Source: Chiloscyllium plagiosum (Eukaryota). Taken from it: DNA of 39,835 nucleotides. Position numbers and translations under genes: made by a program. The DNA lies in the NCBI RefSeq assembly GCF_004010195.1, contig NC_057756.1, positions 3,040,776 to 3,080,610 of the forward strand, written 5' to 3'. Positions 38,205-39,835 of this stretch are shown here, piece by piece; position 1 is the stretch's first letter, and each line of letters opens with the position of its first letter. The notes beneath the pieces are model-generated. The model had not been told where the DNA came from and ran no database searches. It saw nothing but the letters and a program-made list of their open reading frames with translations.

Positions 38205-39750
38205 ATCTTATAACAAAAGGGCACAGTACAGGCCCTTCAGATCTCGATATTGCGCCGACCTATGGAACCAATCTGAAGCCCATCTAAACGACAATATTCC
38301 ATTTGCATATCCATATGCTTATTCAATGATCATTTAAATTACCTTAATTTGGCGCGTCTAGTACTGTTGAAGGCAATGCGTTCCATGCCCCTACTACTCT
38401 CTAAGTAAAGAAACTACCTCTGACATATGTCCTTTACTATCACCCTCAATTAAAAGCTATGTGACCTCGTGCTAGCCATCACCATCTGAGGAGAAAGGGT
38501 GTCACTATCAACAGGATCTAACCCTTTGATTATCTTGTATGTCTCAATTAAATCATCTCTCAACTTTCTTTTCTCTAATGAAAATAGCCTCAAGTCGCTC
38601 AGACGTTCCTCATACGATCTTCCCTCCATACCAGGTATCATCCTAGTAAGTCTCCTCTGCACCCGGTCCAGTGCTTGCACGTTCTTCCCATAATATGGTG
38701 ACCAGAACTGTATGCAATGCTCCGAGTCAGGCTGCACCAGCGTTTTGTACAGCTGCAGCATTCCCTCGAGGCTCCAAAACTCAAACTCTCGACCAATAAA
38801 ACCTAACAAAAAATACGACTTCTTAACCCTATGTTCCTGGTTCCCAACTTTCAACATCTATAGCATACAGTTCTGGTCACCTAGTGGGCGGCACGGTGGC
38901 ACAGTGGCACAGTGGTTAGCACTGCTGCCTCGCAGCGCCAGAGACCCGGGTTCAGTTCCCGACTCAGGCGACTGACTGTGTGGAGTTTGCACGTTCTCCC
39001 CGTGTCTGCGTGGGCCCCCTCCGGGGGCTCCGGTTTCCTCCCACAGTCCAAAGATGTGCAAGTCAGGTGAATTGGCCATGCTAAATTGCCCGTAGTGTTA
39101 GGTAAAGGGGTAAATGTAGGGGTATGGGTGGGTTACGCTTCGGCGGGTCGGTGTGGACTTGTTGGGCCGAAGGGCCTGTTTCCACACTGTAAGTAATCTA
39201 ATCTAATCTAATCTAATCTATATACATGGGCACCGAAATCTCGCTGTTAATCTTCACAACAAATAATCTTGCCATTAGCCTAATTCTCTTTGTTACTATT
39301 GATCCATCCAAAGTGAATCAACTCACAATTTCCTCAGTAAACTCTATTTGCCACGTCTCAGCTTACCACTGTAGCTTTTCTATGGCCGTCTGTATCCGAC
39401 AACATCTGTCAGCACTATTTACAAATCCAACGAACTTTGATTCATCCGCAAATTTACTGACTCAACTTTCTACACCCTTATCCAGATCATATATACAAAT
39501 GAAAAACAACAATGGCCCCGAAGCAGATCCTTGCGAAATGCGACGAGTAACTGAACTCCAGGATGAACATTTCCCATCAACGAACACCCTCTGTCTTCTT
39601 TCAGCTAGCCTATTTCTGATCCACACTGCTAAATCACCATTATTTCCATACCTCCCTACTTTGTGCTGTAACCTACCGTGGGCAAATTTATTAAACGCCT
39701 GACTAAAATCCATATACACCACATCAACTGTTTTACTCTGATCCATCTTT
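38205..39750 (-). mobile_element. CR1-type LINE (RT to 3' end) interrupted by a SINE
   Basis: VDVVYMDFSQAFNK, RRQRVFVDG..SSVTRRISQGSASGPLLF, LQLYKTLVQP..CIQFWSPYY, RVQRRLTRMIPGMEGRSYEERL. Confidence 0.93.
38886..39220 (+). mobile_element. Young full-length HE1/V-type tRNA-derived SINE
   Basis: GGGCGGCACGGTGGCACAGTGG start, B-box-like GGTTCAGTTCC, V-type core, CR1-like 3' tail ending in (AATCT)5, many intact CpGs. Confidence 0.95.
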
Positions 39751-39751
39751 T

Positions 39752-39835
39752 TAGGAGAAAGTGAGGTCTGCAGATGCTGGAGATCAGAGCTGAAAATGTG
39801 TTGCTGGAAAAGCGCAGCAGGTCAGGCAGCATCTA
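39752..39835 (-). mobile_element. Terminal repeat of a Penelope-type element running off the window
   Basis: ggagaaagtgaggtctgcagatgctggagatcagagctgaaaatgtgttgctggaaaagcgcagcaggtcaggcagcatc; abrupt junction with the CR1 and related to 28484-28640. Confidence 0.6.

Noticed and set aside
1..39835. Prokaryotic systems (CRISPR arrays, operons, defence islands), rRNA or true tRNA genes
   Set aside because: No repeat-spacer arrays or gene-dense ORFs; the tRNA-like boxes belong to SINEs.

Overview
This window is eukaryotic, AT-rich genomic DNA dense in repeats. The repeat set (HE1/V-type tRNA SINE with an (AATCT)n tail, CR1-type LINEs, Rex1/Babar LINE, Penelope-like elements, Gmr1-like LTR element) points to a shark or other elasmobranch; this is inference. 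Almost all ORFs in the supplied track are decayed retroelement fragments or noise. The main non-repeat signal is a chain of tiny + strand exons across about 34 kb: six of 27 nt, two of 36 nt and one of 54 nt. All have AG/GT sites and are open in phase 1. Spliced, they give a 96-codon, partly coiled-coil-like peptide resembling the short-exon cytoplasmic tail of butyrophilin/BG-type receptors; no start, Ig, TM or B30.2 exon was found in the window. Other features: a decayed antisense CARD-like exon, a Gypsy element with integrase before RT, hammerhead-ribozyme motifs in Penelope termini (including palindromic arrangements), a ~120 bp inverted repeat pair, and a young SINE with a locally templated inverted 5' junction. 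All calls were made by eye and element boundaries are approximate.
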